DNA of 50,911 bases from Calditrichia bacterium (GTDB lineage Bacteria > Calditrichota > Calditrichia > RBG-13-44-9 > J075). A program made the position numbers and the translations under genes. Location of the stretch: NCBI GenBank assembly GCA_050633245.1, contig JBOEGD010000041.1, positions 1 to 50,911 of the forward strand. The letters are read 5' to 3'. Positions 26,367-36,557 of this stretch are shown in pieces. The notes beneath the pieces were generated by a model. It saw only the letters and a program-made list of their open reading frames with translations, was not told the DNA's origin and made no database searches. Position 1 is the stretch's first letter. Every line of letters begins with the position of its first letter.

Positions 26367-28616
26367 TCAGTTCCTGATTTTCAGATCGAATGGATTCGCT
26401 TTTAGCGAAATGCGTTCCGGATATCCCAACAGATCCTGGGGCGTGCGGTTAGGATATATCATGAGGTAGTATGTCCAGTAGAATTTCGTCGCTCCACGAA
26501 CATATTTACGCGTCTGCTCAAATTCAATATTTTCCATAAAGAAATCATTATCATCGGTTTTCAAAACCTTACGCCAACGATCGACGCGATGCTCACCGGC
26601 ATTATATGCCGCCAGCGCATGATATAAATTCCCCTGATAACGCTTTAACAGCTCGGAGATATAATAGCTGCCCAACTTAATATTAAAATTCGGCTCATAC
26701 AGCTGCCGAACATCATCAAGCTGTAGTCCCAACTCTTGCGAAAGCCGCTTTGCAGTGGGAGGAATAATCTGCATTAATCCATAGGCATCGGCATAGGAAA
26801 TAATCTGTGGTTCAAATGCACTTTCCTTTTTCATAACAGCCCAAATACTGGCGGGCGTTATTTGCCATTTCTTGGCATATTTATTTACCTCTCCATCAAA
26901 ATAAAAAGGATAGAGGTTTTTGAGCAAAAATGTCCAGTCTTTCCAATCTCGTCGGGCAAAATTTTCGTTAAACACCCTGCGATAAGACCGATATGCCTTA
27001 CCATAATTTTGCAGACGCTCATTTATCTCACCAAGTGCATAGAGCAATTCCCACTTCGATTTATTAAGGCTTTGCGAAAGCGTATTTAGCTCGGTCTGCG
27101 AATAGTTCTCCCCAAGAATATCCTGAACAATCAGCGGTCGCTGGAAGTTATCCAAATATTTTGGCAAATAAGAGGTGCGCTTATGATGCATTTCCCAAAG
27201 CAGTGAGTCGACGAAATGGTTTACATTGTTTTCTTCAGCTGTCAGCAGGAAGGCCTTCATATTGTAATAGCTTTCGAAAGGCCGTTTCGCCAGCTCAACC
27301 AATATCTCATTGCGGCTTGAATCTACCGCTTCTTTTTCAAACGCTTTGGACAGCCAGTATTGATATCGTTCCGGCTCTCTGGTGTATGGGCGCTGTTTTA
27401 GTGCACGACTCCATACTGCGCGAGCCTCTGAGTAATTCTGCTGACGATAATGAGACAGTCCAATTCGAAAACGAGACTCATCGACAAACTCTGAACGCGG
27501 ATATTGCTTAAGAAGCTTCTTGTAATAGCGTGTTGCCTCAAGAACATTGTCTTGCCCTTCATACATCCAGGCAATCACCCAAAGCACTTCCGCCGAGAGG
27601 CCATCATTTGGATAACGCTTCTGAAACGTATCATACGCCTGAATCGCCTTGTTTGTACTGCCCAGTCGCAGGTAGCAACGCGCAATGTGCAAATCAATAT
27701 CTCGCAGAAAACGCAGATTCTTAAAGCTCGAACGCTGATCTCTGCATTCCTGAAAAGCGACCCAGTAATTTTTCTGTTCATAAGACAGCTTAATGCGCAG
27801 CCAGCGCGTCAATTCACCTCGTCCACCGAGTTTTTCCTGTCGATCGAGGATTACCCCTGCTTTTCGGAACTGATCTGTTTTTGTCAAATAAGTAAAAACC
27901 CGGCGCAGATTACTTTGCGGAATTAGCCGTTTGCTGTATTTATCGGCATACACCGTAAAGGCATAGGGCGTCTCAGAGTGAAACGGATATGAACGCATCA
28001 GCTTGATGGCATATGCATCGACAGACTTTTGCCAATTTAACTTTTTACTGATTCTGAGTAGGTGGCCATAGGTGTCACCTTTATCAAATCGGCGATACTT
28101 CAACATTTTTTTGTAATAAGCGGCAGATTTAGAATATTCTTCCCGAGCATAGTGAATCGAGGCTAAAAGAGAGTCTAGTGGTCCACCAAGCGTTGTTTTG
28201 GGGTAGACACGGCGAAAGCGCTCAAGTCCTTTTATAGCCGTTACTGTATCGCCCAAAGCTAATATGCTTCTTAGTGCAAAGAAATCGGCATAGTCTTCAA
28301 TTTCAGTTATGCGGGTTTTTTCGCTGCGAAACGCGTCTAAGGAAGGCTGATATTGCTCTGTTTTATAAAGGCAATAGGCAATTTTGAACTGAATTTGTGG
28401 ATAGCGTGAGGTAAAGGTGGAATCTTCCTTAAGGGCCTGCTCGAAAAAGGTCAAGGCCTGCGCATACTGACCGACTTCGTATGAGCGTGTCGCCTCATAG
28501 TAGCTGTCGCCTTCTGAATTATACACCTGCTGATGGCAGAAAATAAAATCTACCACCACAATGGCAAAAATCAGATAACTGATCGAAAAATGACTGCGAA
28601 ATTTTGCAAAATCCAT
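26367..28616 (-). CDS. TPR-containing soluble lytic transglycosylase (Slt70-like)
   Basis: N-terminal hydrophobic anchor, TPR repeats (..QKRYP, ..KQYP), VMKKESAF, GLMQII, AAYNAG, EQTRKYV; AGGAGG upstream of ATG 28616. Confidence 0.9.
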   Translation of the reverse strand: MDFAKFRSHFSISYLIFAIVVVDFIFCHQQVYNSEGDSYYEATRSYEVGQYAQALTFFEQALKEDSTFTSRYPQIQFKIAYCLYKTEQYQPSLDAFRSEKTRITEIEDYADFFALRSILALGDTVTAIKGLERFRRVYPKTTLGGPLDSLLASIHYAREEYSKSAAYYKKMLKYRRFDKGDTYGHLLRISKKLNWQKSVDAYAIKLMRSYPFHSETPYAFTVYADKYSKRLIPQSNLRRVFTYLTKTDQFRKAGVILDRQEKLGGRGELTRWLRIKLSYEQKNYWVAFQECRDQRSSFKNLRFLRDIDLHIARCYLRLGSTNKAIQAYDTFQKRYPNDGLSAEVLWVIAWMYEGQDNVLEATRYYKKLLKQYPRSEFVDESRFRIGLSHYRQQNYSEARAVWSRALKQRPYTREPERYQYWLSKAFEKEAVDSSRNEILVELAKRPFESYYNMKAFLLTAEENNVNHFVDSLLWEMHHKRTSYLPKYLDNFQRPLIVQDILGENYSQTELNTLSQSLNKSKWELLYALGEINERLQNYGKAYRSYRRVFNENFARRDWKDWTFLLKNLYPFYFDGEVNKYAKKWQITPASIWAVMKKESAFEPQIISYADAYGLMQIIPPTAKRLSQELGLQLDDVRQLYEPNFNIKLGSYYISELLKRYQGNLYHALAAYNAGEHRVDRWRKVLKTDDNDFFMENIEFEQTRKYVRGATKFYWTYYLMIYPNRTPQDLLGYPERISLKANPFDLKIRN

Positions 28617-28968
28617 TTTGAAGATCAGCCTCCTTGCCTGAATCTTCGACAACTACTTACCATAATACAATCCAATCGTGGAGCCTTGTCAGCTTGTAGA
28701 CAAAACGAGTTCCGCATTTAAACCGAATAAAGCTATCTCGTTTAGTTTAACGCATTTACCCCTAAATGCGTTCCATTTGTCCCATTCTCACACTCCACCC
28801 ATCGTAAATGCCTATAATCGGCATATTTTTTCAAAAAAAAATGCGCGAGAATAAAAATTCCAAAACTTTTTTTTGGAAAAGGTCTCTTATTCTTAAAAAA
28901 GTTACTAAATGGAAGAAAAACAAGAGAATAATGCAGATAAGGTAAAAAAGTGCAAGGTGGGTTTAAAT

Positions 28969-29002
28969 TATCTCATCGCCACAAGAATGTGGCGATGAGA
29001 TA
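28969..29002 (-). terminator. 15-bp perfect hairpin after the 29009-32116 gene
   Basis: TATCTCATCGCCACA-agaa-TGTGGCGATGAGATA. Confidence 0.65.
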
Positions 29003-29008
29003 TCAAGA

Positions 29009-32000
29009 TTACTTAACCAGAAGCATCTTCATCGACTTCTGAAAACCATTCGATGTTTGCAAACGATACAGATAGACACCGGACGGCACAGACTGTCCAA
29101 AATCGTTCTGACCATTCCAGACAACTTCATAGTTACCCGGCTGCATTTTCTGATTTGTTAACAAGCTAATTCGCTGGCCGAGCATATTAAAAACCTCAAG
29201 AGTTACCTGAGCGTTCTCTGCTACGGCAAACGAAATTGTTGTTTCCGGATTAAATGGATTTGGATAGTTCTGAGCAAGGTCAAATTCTGCAGGTACATTG
29301 CCATCCAGCTGAATCGGCTCGATACCTACGGCTCCATCTTTCAGAAAGTTGACGATTGCAGCACCGGCATCGGCACGTGAGCCAGCGCTATTAATTCCCT
29401 CAAATCCGAAACCAAGCACTACTGCACGGCTATCGCCATTTTCATAAGCGGCACCGGAGATGTTGTTCGCGTTGGCGCCATACAGAAAAACGCTTCGAGT
29501 CGTCGTTGCATTTGAGATAGAAAGCACATCCCGGGAGGTTTGGTTTGCTGCACCATCACCACCCAGAGTACTGAAAGTCAACCCCTCGGTAAATTCACCG
29601 GCAATTCCGCCGACAACAGGGAAACCAATATTGTTAGAGAAACCAACACCCAGTTGAGTCAGCAGCGCAGTAGCATCATTTTGTTCGGCGATATTCTGAC
29701 CGGTTAACAACAGCTTACCATCGGCATTCAGATAATCCAACAGCAATGTCTGTTCCGCAGCAGTTAGCGTTGTGCCTGCTCCGTCGCCGGTATACCATAC
29801 AAGGGCACTTCCGACAAATTGATTGAATTCATTTGCTGACGGCAAGCCATCCTCCATAACGCTCCATACGCGAGAGGAAATATCGGCATCGGTAAAAGCA
29901 CTGCTAAAAAGACCTTCATAGTCACTGCCTTCATCATCATCGATAACGAATACATCGGCGATTGAAATCTCGACATCAAATGTTGCGCCAGCAGCTTCCA
30001 ACGTCAGTGAATCTGCAATTACTAAATCCGGATAAGGAAGAATTGGCAAAACGCGAACTTCATAATTACCGATAATGGTTGAAACACTATAATTTCCACT
30101 GGCGTCGGTCGAGATTGATTGATACGGACCAGGGAATGGATTGCCTTCAGCCCACAGCTCAATATCCGCCTGAACACCGGCACCACTGGTAAGATCTTTT
30201 ATCTGGCCGGTTATCGTTGCCTGAACTTCCGGCTGCATGGTAATATTTACATCCGTAGTATCGTTCAGCAACAACGTCGGATTTACCGTCGTCGGTTGAT
30301 AAGCAAATGATGTAACGCTGAATGTTGGATCAACAATCGGCGAAATCAGTTGATAGTCACCTGCTGCTCCGGTAATTGATTCCTGACCGGATTCTACCAG
30401 TGTAAGCTTGGCAAATTGTATAGGATCGCTGTTTGAAGCATCTGAAATCGTGCCACCGGCGCCATAAAAGTTATAGGCAAAAGCACCGACCCAAGTACGC
30501 CAGGTACTGGAAGGACTACCAGCATATTCCATTAGCCCCCAAACGATATTGGGAAATTTGGGATCGGTATGAATTCCCATATAGTCACCCCAGCGATTAC
30601 GCGCGCCACCAAAACGCTGATCGTAATATGCTTCACCTTCTTTAATAATCGAAGTAGGTGCCAGTCCCGGAAAGTCTGATTCACGACGCCCCGTAAAAGC
30701 CGCGCCGGCAAACTCGGTGTCTCCCGATCGCGAGTAGCTAATGAAAATGTTATTTTCATCATCTACAGCAATGGCCGGATACATATGAAAAAAGTTATCT
30801 TCACCAAGTGCAAAGTCTTCAACAGCTGTATTAGCATTCACATCTACCTTTACATAGCGCGTAAATGCAGACTGATTTCCAATCCCACCGGCAACAGCAG
30901 TGGCAGTCCATAGAAAACCATCCTGATAAACCGCGTTACGATAGGCACGTCGTCCACCATCGATAAGCTGGGTGCCACCAGGTTGTCGCGAATCCGGTGG
31001 ACCAAGCGCCGCAGTCGTCGGCACATTCACGCCAACAAGCGTTGGGTTTGTTCCCAGCGGATCGGTGAGTTTCCAAAGTGAAATAAATGTTGATGTATTA
31101 TACGGTGCATCTACAACGATATAGGTCGTATTTGTAGAATCCATATGGGATGCTGCGATTGGCGGACCATCTACAACAGCATTCGGATTCGCCGGGTCAC
31201 GGAAGTTCCAAAAGTCAGTATAGTCTACCGGGCCTCCGGTATTAGCATAGAACTGATCTTTGGGGACAATACGAACTTTACAGTAGTTAAACCCGCCACC
31301 GGTTAATGAGAACATACGGCCGCTAATGTAAACTGCCTTGTCATCAAAGCCCATTTTGGGAAAGTCACCCCAGTTAAAGGCTTGGTTGGAGCCATTTAGA
31401 TGTGCGGGCAGAGCGTAATTGTACCACTCACCTAAAGGATTTGCATCATCGGATACAGACATAAGATAAAATGCCGTGACGCTTGCTTCATCAAAGTTAT
31501 CCCACAGCATGACCCAACGCTGCTCAAAATGATCAAAGAAAATTACCGGGTCGAAAGCACCGGCATTTGGTAAAATATTGCTATACCAGGCATCAGCCGT
31601 GCTACGGAATAAACGATTACCACCTTTATCATAAATCTCGAATGAGGTATTCACACACGAAATAATGTGATCCGGGCCAACAGCCATAATCGGATCTGGC
31701 GGAATACTGTTCCCCTGAGGAATACTCTCAAAGCTTGCCAAAACAGTTGGCGGCTGCGATGTTGCATTCTTCAAAGACACATTATCCTGATACTCATTGC
31801 TGTTTAGCGGGGCGAGTGCAGGCGTAACGTTGAACACATCACCATAGTAATCAGGATTATATTTTTCCCAGAAGGGATTATGAACTTTCTTTCCTTCCGG
31901 CTCAATTATGGAAGGAGAATTCTTAAAATTCTCTGTCGATACGAGTACACCTCCGGTAACACTACCAAAAGCCGGACCACTAAACGTTCCAGCTTGTCCA

Positions 32001-32116
32001 TATCCAGTCTGTCCGTAGAACATCATTCCGACACAAAGCATCAGAATGCGGGTTACAATACGAAAATACTTGGTTGGCAGGGTTACGGGAGTTCTGGCAG
32101 TTGCTTGTTCTTTCAT
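29009..32116 (-). CDS. large secreted multidomain protein with carboxypeptidase-regulatory-like repeats and T9SS-like (FlgD-Ig) CTD
   Basis: Signal peptide; N-domain with IPPDP..AVGP, DP..FD, DFPK.G, RWGDY; two GTI.D-type Ig domains; VIDDDEG domain; LAQNYPNPFNP...WNG...SGVYLYRL...KMLLVK. Confidence 0.85.
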   Translation of the reverse strand: MKEQATARTPVTLPTKYFRIVTRILMLCVGMMFYGQTGYGQAGTFSGPAFGSVTGGVLVSTENFKNSPSIIEPEGKKVHNPFWEKYNPDYYGDVFNVTPALAPLNSNEYQDNVSLKNATSQPPTVLASFESIPQGNSIPPDPIMAVGPDHIISCVNTSFEIYDKGGNRLFRSTADAWYSNILPNAGAFDPVIFFDHFEQRWVMLWDNFDEASVTAFYLMSVSDDANPLGEWYNYALPAHLNGSNQAFNWGDFPKMGFDDKAVYISGRMFSLTGGGFNYCKVRIVPKDQFYANTGGPVDYTDFWNFRDPANPNAVVDGPPIAASHMDSTNTTYIVVDAPYNTSTFISLWKLTDPLGTNPTLVGVNVPTTAALGPPDSRQPGGTQLIDGGRRAYRNAVYQDGFLWTATAVAGGIGNQSAFTRYVKVDVNANTAVEDFALGEDNFFHMYPAIAVDDENNIFISYSRSGDTEFAGAAFTGRRESDFPGLAPTSIIKEGEAYYDQRFGGARNRWGDYMGIHTDPKFPNIVWGLMEYAGSPSSTWRTWVGAFAYNFYGAGGTISDASNSDPIQFAKLTLVESGQESITGAAGDYQLISPIVDPTFSVTSFAYQPTTVNPTLLLNDTTDVNITMQPEVQATITGQIKDLTSGAGVQADIELWAEGNPFPGPYQSISTDASGNYSVSTIIGNYEVRVLPILPYPDLVIADSLTLEAAGATFDVEISIADVFVIDDDEGSDYEGLFSSAFTDADISSRVWSVMEDGLPSANEFNQFVGSALVWYTGDGAGTTLTAAEQTLLLDYLNADGKLLLTGQNIAEQNDATALLTQLGVGFSNNIGFPVVGGIAGEFTEGLTFSTLGGDGAANQTSRDVLSISNATTTRSVFLYGANANNISGAAYENGDSRAVVLGFGFEGINSAGSRADAGAAIVNFLKDGAVGIEPIQLDGNVPAEFDLAQNYPNPFNPETTISFAVAENAQVTLEVFNMLGQRISLLTNQKMQPGNYEVVWNGQNDFGQSVPSGVYLYRLQTSNGFQKSMKMLLVK

Positions 32117-32232
32117 ACAGAATCTCCATTAATTTTGTTGGGTTCTAAGCGATCTTAAAGAATACACAAAAAGATAAATACAGGAAAGTAGAAAAAAAAT
32201 ATCTGTGATTACAGAAAGTGGAGAATAGATGC

Positions 32233-32270
32233 AAAAAAATAGCGGGCTACCTTTGCAGATAGCCCGCTAT
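32233..32270 (-). terminator. intrinsic terminator after the PorV-family gene
   Basis: ATAGCGGGCTA (32239-32249) / TAGCCCGCTAT (32260-32270) with an A-run on the left (U-tract on the minus strand). Confidence 0.8.
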
Positions 32271-32286
32271 CAAAAAAATCAGATGC

Positions 32287-33315
32287 TTAGTATGTAAGCT
32301 TGATAGTGAAGATATTTCCGGAATCGAAATAGTCATTCACCTGCTGATAAGCATAATCAGCAGCAAACCCAAACGTTCCCAAAGACCAGTTTACACCGGC
32401 GCCAAAAGTAGCACCGAACAGCTGATCTGCCGCGTCGACCTGAGCTTCGTAGTTATAGCCACCGCGCAGATAAAACATTTGACGGAAGTTATACTCTACG
32501 CCACTAAAGATACGGTCGGAGGCATCGTTATAGTTTGAGAAAGCACCACTTAATACAAAGCTGTTTTCCTCATTAACATTGACATTGTAAGACATTCCAA
32601 ATCCAAACAGTGAAGGAATGTCTGACTCAATCGCTACGCTGCTAAAAAAGCCATCATCGCGATCCGGGTTTGGAGAATTCACCAGGAATGTCTGCTCCAA
32701 AGATGTTCCGGAGTAGCGCATTTTGGTTCCTACATTCTTCATGGTAACACCAAGCTGCAGGTTTTTACCAAAGTTATACTGCACACCCATGTCAATTGCG
32801 AAAGCACCGGCACTCGCATCAATGATGCTTTCATATACATACTTACCGGTAATTCCAGCCTGAATGCGATCCGTTAAGAGACGGCTGTAAGAGAATCCTG
32901 CAACCACAAAGGTCGGGGACCAGAAGTCACCGGTTCCATCTGGAGAGGTCTCAGTCGTTTGTTCGATATCACCGAAGTCCATGCTGCTGATATGGAATCC
33001 AAACGAACCGATGTTTCCACCATTAAAGACCGCGGCCAGATAGTTCACATCAATGTTTGCAATATACTGCATGTTATTGAACATGAACTCTGAATTAGCT
33101 CCACCGGCAATACCGGCAGGATTCCAATAAATAGCTTCGGCTCCGTTAATGGTAGCCAGCGGCGCGCCACCAAGAGCAATCGAGCGCGCACCAACCGGAA
33201 TCAGAAGTTGAGAACCACTCGTGGTTCCAATCCGATCCAGATCGCCTGCCTGCATTGACATCGCTGCAAAGAGCAGCACAAAGCCAAGCGTCAGAAGTTT
33301 ATTGATACGTTTCAT
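32287..33315 (-). CDS. PorV/PorQ-family outer-membrane beta-barrel
   Basis: Signal peptide; LLIPVGARSIALGG and AIYWNPAG N-terminal motifs of the PorV/FadL-like family; alternating beta strands, LRGGY, terminal Tyr. Confidence 0.85.
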   Translation of the reverse strand: MKRINKLLTLGFVLLFAAMSMQAGDLDRIGTTSGSQLLIPVGARSIALGGAPLATINGAEAIYWNPAGIAGGANSEFMFNNMQYIANIDVNYLAAVFNGGNIGSFGFHISSMDFGDIEQTTETSPDGTGDFWSPTFVVAGFSYSRLLTDRIQAGITGKYVYESIIDASAGAFAIDMGVQYNFGKNLQLGVTMKNVGTKMRYSGTSLEQTFLVNSPNPDRDDGFFSSVAIESDIPSLFGFGMSYNVNVNEENSFVLSGAFSNYNDASDRIFSGVEYNFRQMFYLRGGYNYEAQVDAADQLFGATFGAGVNWSLGTFGFAADYAYQQVNDYFDSGNIFTIKLTY

Positions 33316-33361
33316 TTTATATCCTCGTCATTAATTTCGCTGATTAGTTCCTGCTCATCTC

Positions 33362-36300
33362 TTAGAAGCGGTCGATACGCTCTTCACGTTGAACGACACC
33401 GAGCTTCAGCACTTTCTCGCCAACTCCGGCAACCTCAATGTGGGCGATATACATTCCCGAGGCCACACGCAGACCAGCTTCATTACGCAGATCCCAGCGA
33501 AGTTCGTTTGACGAGTCATCTTTATTCAGCGTTCTCACCAACTGACCGGCAATATTGAAGATGCGAATTGTCACCACATTATCGAGGTGCGTAAAACGCA
33601 TAATCGGTGTGTCGGTAGAGGTTTCATAAGAGCTGCCTGCGAAATAAGGATTCGGAACAGCTTTTACTGCTTCTAACAAGTCTGCCCGCTCACCGGAAGA
33701 CAGATCCGGTGCCAAGAGACCGCTATTGATACGATACGCATCGACATCAGAGTTCGGATAGTTCGGTGTAACATCCATTGTAATTGGGAAGTCACGAACG
33801 AAATCACCAGCAGCTTCGACAGATAGCTGTAAGTATGTTTCAGTTTTGAACGCATCCGTTGCCCCCGGAACCACATAAGCATTTGCCGGATCGTAATCCG
33901 TCTCCATAATGTAAATATCGTTGATGGAGTTAAACGGCAATCCGTTGATGGAGTTGTTAAACGCAATATTTAAGCGTCTTGGACTATCCGGGTTGCTCAT
34001 ATCGAAAGCGCGGAGCGCAATACTGTCTGGCCCTCTGAAGAAATTATCATTGGCAAAATTACTCAAGAACCAGCGATAACCTGTTTCGGTTGCATCGGTG
34101 AGGAACTCCAGGCGAACCGGGAAATACGAATCGCGAGTCGTCGTGGAACGAGTCGGACTGTCAATACGCGAGAGGTTAATCCCAAGGTCAAAGCCAGCTG
34201 ATGAATCCAAATTAGCCTGGCTGACAATCCACGGATCGGGATTAGCAAGCGTTGTATCTGCCAATGTTACCTGATCGGGTGTCGTCACAGTTACATTAGC
34301 AATGCCGTCCGGAACATTATAGACTTGTATAGACAGTCCATCGACTACTGGAAAGTTATATGCCGGGTCGGTAGACGGATCGTTGAGAGACTGGAAGGCA
34401 AGACTATCGCTCAGCAATGTGCGACCGCCACCATCTGTTCTGAACAGACTCCAAAGATCTCCATCACTTTCAAACTCAACAGTGTATTCAGCACCAGTAA
34501 GAGCAGACTGATCGATAACATCGACAAAGACTTGCCCTCTTACGGCATCGCTTGATAAAGAGCGTGTGCCTGAATAGTCAGCAAATGAGCTGCGGAAAGG
34601 TGAAGTTTCATCACTCTGCGGAACAGCAGTATAAAGGTTCGTTGCGGCAGCATTCTCCAAGAAATCGGCTTCACTGCTTGCAAGCCAGTTATTCTCACTA
34701 CCTGTGATTACACCACCAACATCCGGATTCAAGAATGGTGGGTTCACGCTAAATGCAGTAACCGAGAAATAGTATTCCTGACCATTAACCAGCGGCTCGC
34801 CAGTAAAACCATCACTTGTGATACGATAGGTAATAATACCGGAGCCATCCACCTGAAAATCATTCGCGTCCAAATTATTATTTCCTTCGAACACCTTACT
34901 CCAGGTTCCATCTGCATTACGTAAGAAGATGGGACCATACTCATTATCCAGATCGAGTATTGTTAATTCACGAATATTCTCTACGCCTTTTACAACGTCA
35001 TCTGTAACACGTGGAGAACGATACTGAACAATACGAACACCTTCAAAGACCTGACGGTTAAACAATTCGTCAGTTGCTTCATAAGCCAGTGTTCCATTTT
35101 CTTCAAGGTCAATCAACAATTCTATTTCTTGATCATCCGTACGAACCTGGACAACCGGTGTCGGAGGAGGACCAGCAATAATAAAGTTGGCATTATAAGC
35201 CAACTGAGCAATATCGTCTTTTAAACGAAGCTGACGAACGGCGTCCAGCTGATCACTACCTTGAGATACAACATAAGCCACTACAATGTCCTGGGTATTA
35301 TCTTCACCGGGGAGCAATGTAAACGGTCCGGTGTTTACCATAAAGCGTTTATCACCAGGAGCATTATCCAACCAGCCTGTGCCATCTTCAGGATTACCGG
35401 AATAGAAGAATCGGTTGTCCGTTGTAGCATCCGATCCGACTCCCCATGCTGTCGGAACAATCGGAACACCTTGGGCATCCAATCCACCCAACTGATAGAA
35501 GCGGGCGATTTCGGCAGTGGTTGGGTCACCAAGCTGCGGGTCACCGTTAATATAGAAGGTAAACGATGTTAGCGGAAGATTACGGAAATCCTGCACGGTA
35601 TCGATACCAAAGAAAGGTCCCTTATAAAGCAGAGCCTGGTCTCCGGGAGACGGAACAATCGGTCCCTGAAAAAAGTCTACACCAAAAGCCGGCGGATTCA
35701 GACCATAGTTGGCATCATCACCATCATTATAAATGTAACCCATACTGCGGTCGACGTCACTACCGATCAGGTCATCTTCAAAATCACCCAGATCCGGATC
35801 TGTCCAGATCGTAAATACAAGGCTATCGATCGGAACTTCGTTTTTATTCACGAAGCGATAACGAATAAACACAACGTCGCCCAGCGCATCGCCACGAGCA
35901 AAAGCCCAGGCGGTTTGACGAACTTCCAAGCCAATCGGGTCGGTCTGAAGACGAGGTGTACGTGTCGACAGACTTGTATTATCATTATATACGGCCCAGA
36001 ATGTCTTATCACCAATTACATCCGGACGATCTACATTAGGATCGTAGACGCCGTTGCCATCGATATCCTGAAAGTCAGCTCCCTGAGCTACTGCATCTGC
36101 CCAAGCGAGGTGATTTGCACTACCTGGTGAATCACCATCATTAGCCGTGTAAAACTTCGATTCGGCTGCTGAAGGGTCGGTGCCCCATGGGCCCGGCTGA
36201 TATTCCTGAATTAGTGAGGCACGTGCCATCCATGAGGCACGTAGTTCACCATTTACTTTTGCACTTGCTGCAATTCCTCCCTGAAACAGGAAGACTAGAT

Positions 36301-36514
36301 CGGTACCATTCGGATAATGGCCCTCTCCATCATTACCGTTGGAACCATCATTTTCCATCGGCAGGTCGATGTTATTGATGTTCATTATTACCTGATCACC
36401 AAGGATCAGCTTCTGAGCGCCGCGATTACTAACCTTCTTATCGTCTTTCGCCAGAAGAGGCGTCCAAATGGACAGGCCTAGCGCAATGAGCATCAGATAT
36501 ATTTTCAATCTCAT
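33362..36514 (-). CDS. large secreted protein with variant (PNPY-type) T9SS-like CTD
   Basis: Signal peptide; ~385-aa N-domain paralogous to 8646-10262; PPPTP linker and Fn3-like region (LVNGQEYYFSVTAF); tail VKAVPNPY...IRIFNIAGQLVR...WDLRN..G..VASGMYI...REERIDRF. Confidence 0.85.
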   Translation of the reverse strand: MRLKIYLMLIALGLSIWTPLLAKDDKKVSNRGAQKLILGDQVIMNINNIDLPMENDGSNGNDGEGHYPNGTDLVFLFQGGIAASAKVNGELRASWMARASLIQEYQPGPWGTDPSAAESKFYTANDGDSPGSANHLAWADAVAQGADFQDIDGNGVYDPNVDRPDVIGDKTFWAVYNDNTSLSTRTPRLQTDPIGLEVRQTAWAFARGDALGDVVFIRYRFVNKNEVPIDSLVFTIWTDPDLGDFEDDLIGSDVDRSMGYIYNDGDDANYGLNPPAFGVDFFQGPIVPSPGDQALLYKGPFFGIDTVQDFRNLPLTSFTFYINGDPQLGDPTTAEIARFYQLGGLDAQGVPIVPTAWGVGSDATTDNRFFYSGNPEDGTGWLDNAPGDKRFMVNTGPFTLLPGEDNTQDIVVAYVVSQGSDQLDAVRQLRLKDDIAQLAYNANFIIAGPPPTPVVQVRTDDQEIELLIDLEENGTLAYEATDELFNRQVFEGVRIVQYRSPRVTDDVVKGVENIRELTILDLDNEYGPIFLRNADGTWSKVFEGNNNLDANDFQVDGSGIITYRITSDGFTGEPLVNGQEYYFSVTAFSVNPPFLNPDVGGVITGSENNWLASSEADFLENAAATNLYTAVPQSDETSPFRSSFADYSGTRSLSSDAVRGQVFVDVIDQSALTGAEYTVEFESDGDLWSLFRTDGGGRTLLSDSLAFQSLNDPSTDPAYNFPVVDGLSIQVYNVPDGIANVTVTTPDQVTLADTTLANPDPWIVSQANLDSSAGFDLGINLSRIDSPTRSTTTRDSYFPVRLEFLTDATETGYRWFLSNFANDNFFRGPDSIALRAFDMSNPDSPRRLNIAFNNSINGLPFNSINDIYIMETDYDPANAYVVPGATDAFKTETYLQLSVEAAGDFVRDFPITMDVTPNYPNSDVDAYRINSGLLAPDLSSGERADLLEAVKAVPNPYFAGSSYETSTDTPIMRFTHLDNVVTIRIFNIAGQLVRTLNKDDSSNELRWDLRNEAGLRVASGMYIAHIEVAGVGEKVLKLGVVQREERIDRF

Positions 36515-36557
36515 TAGTATAGCCTCTTTTACGTTAAAATTAATCAAATCCAGACAC

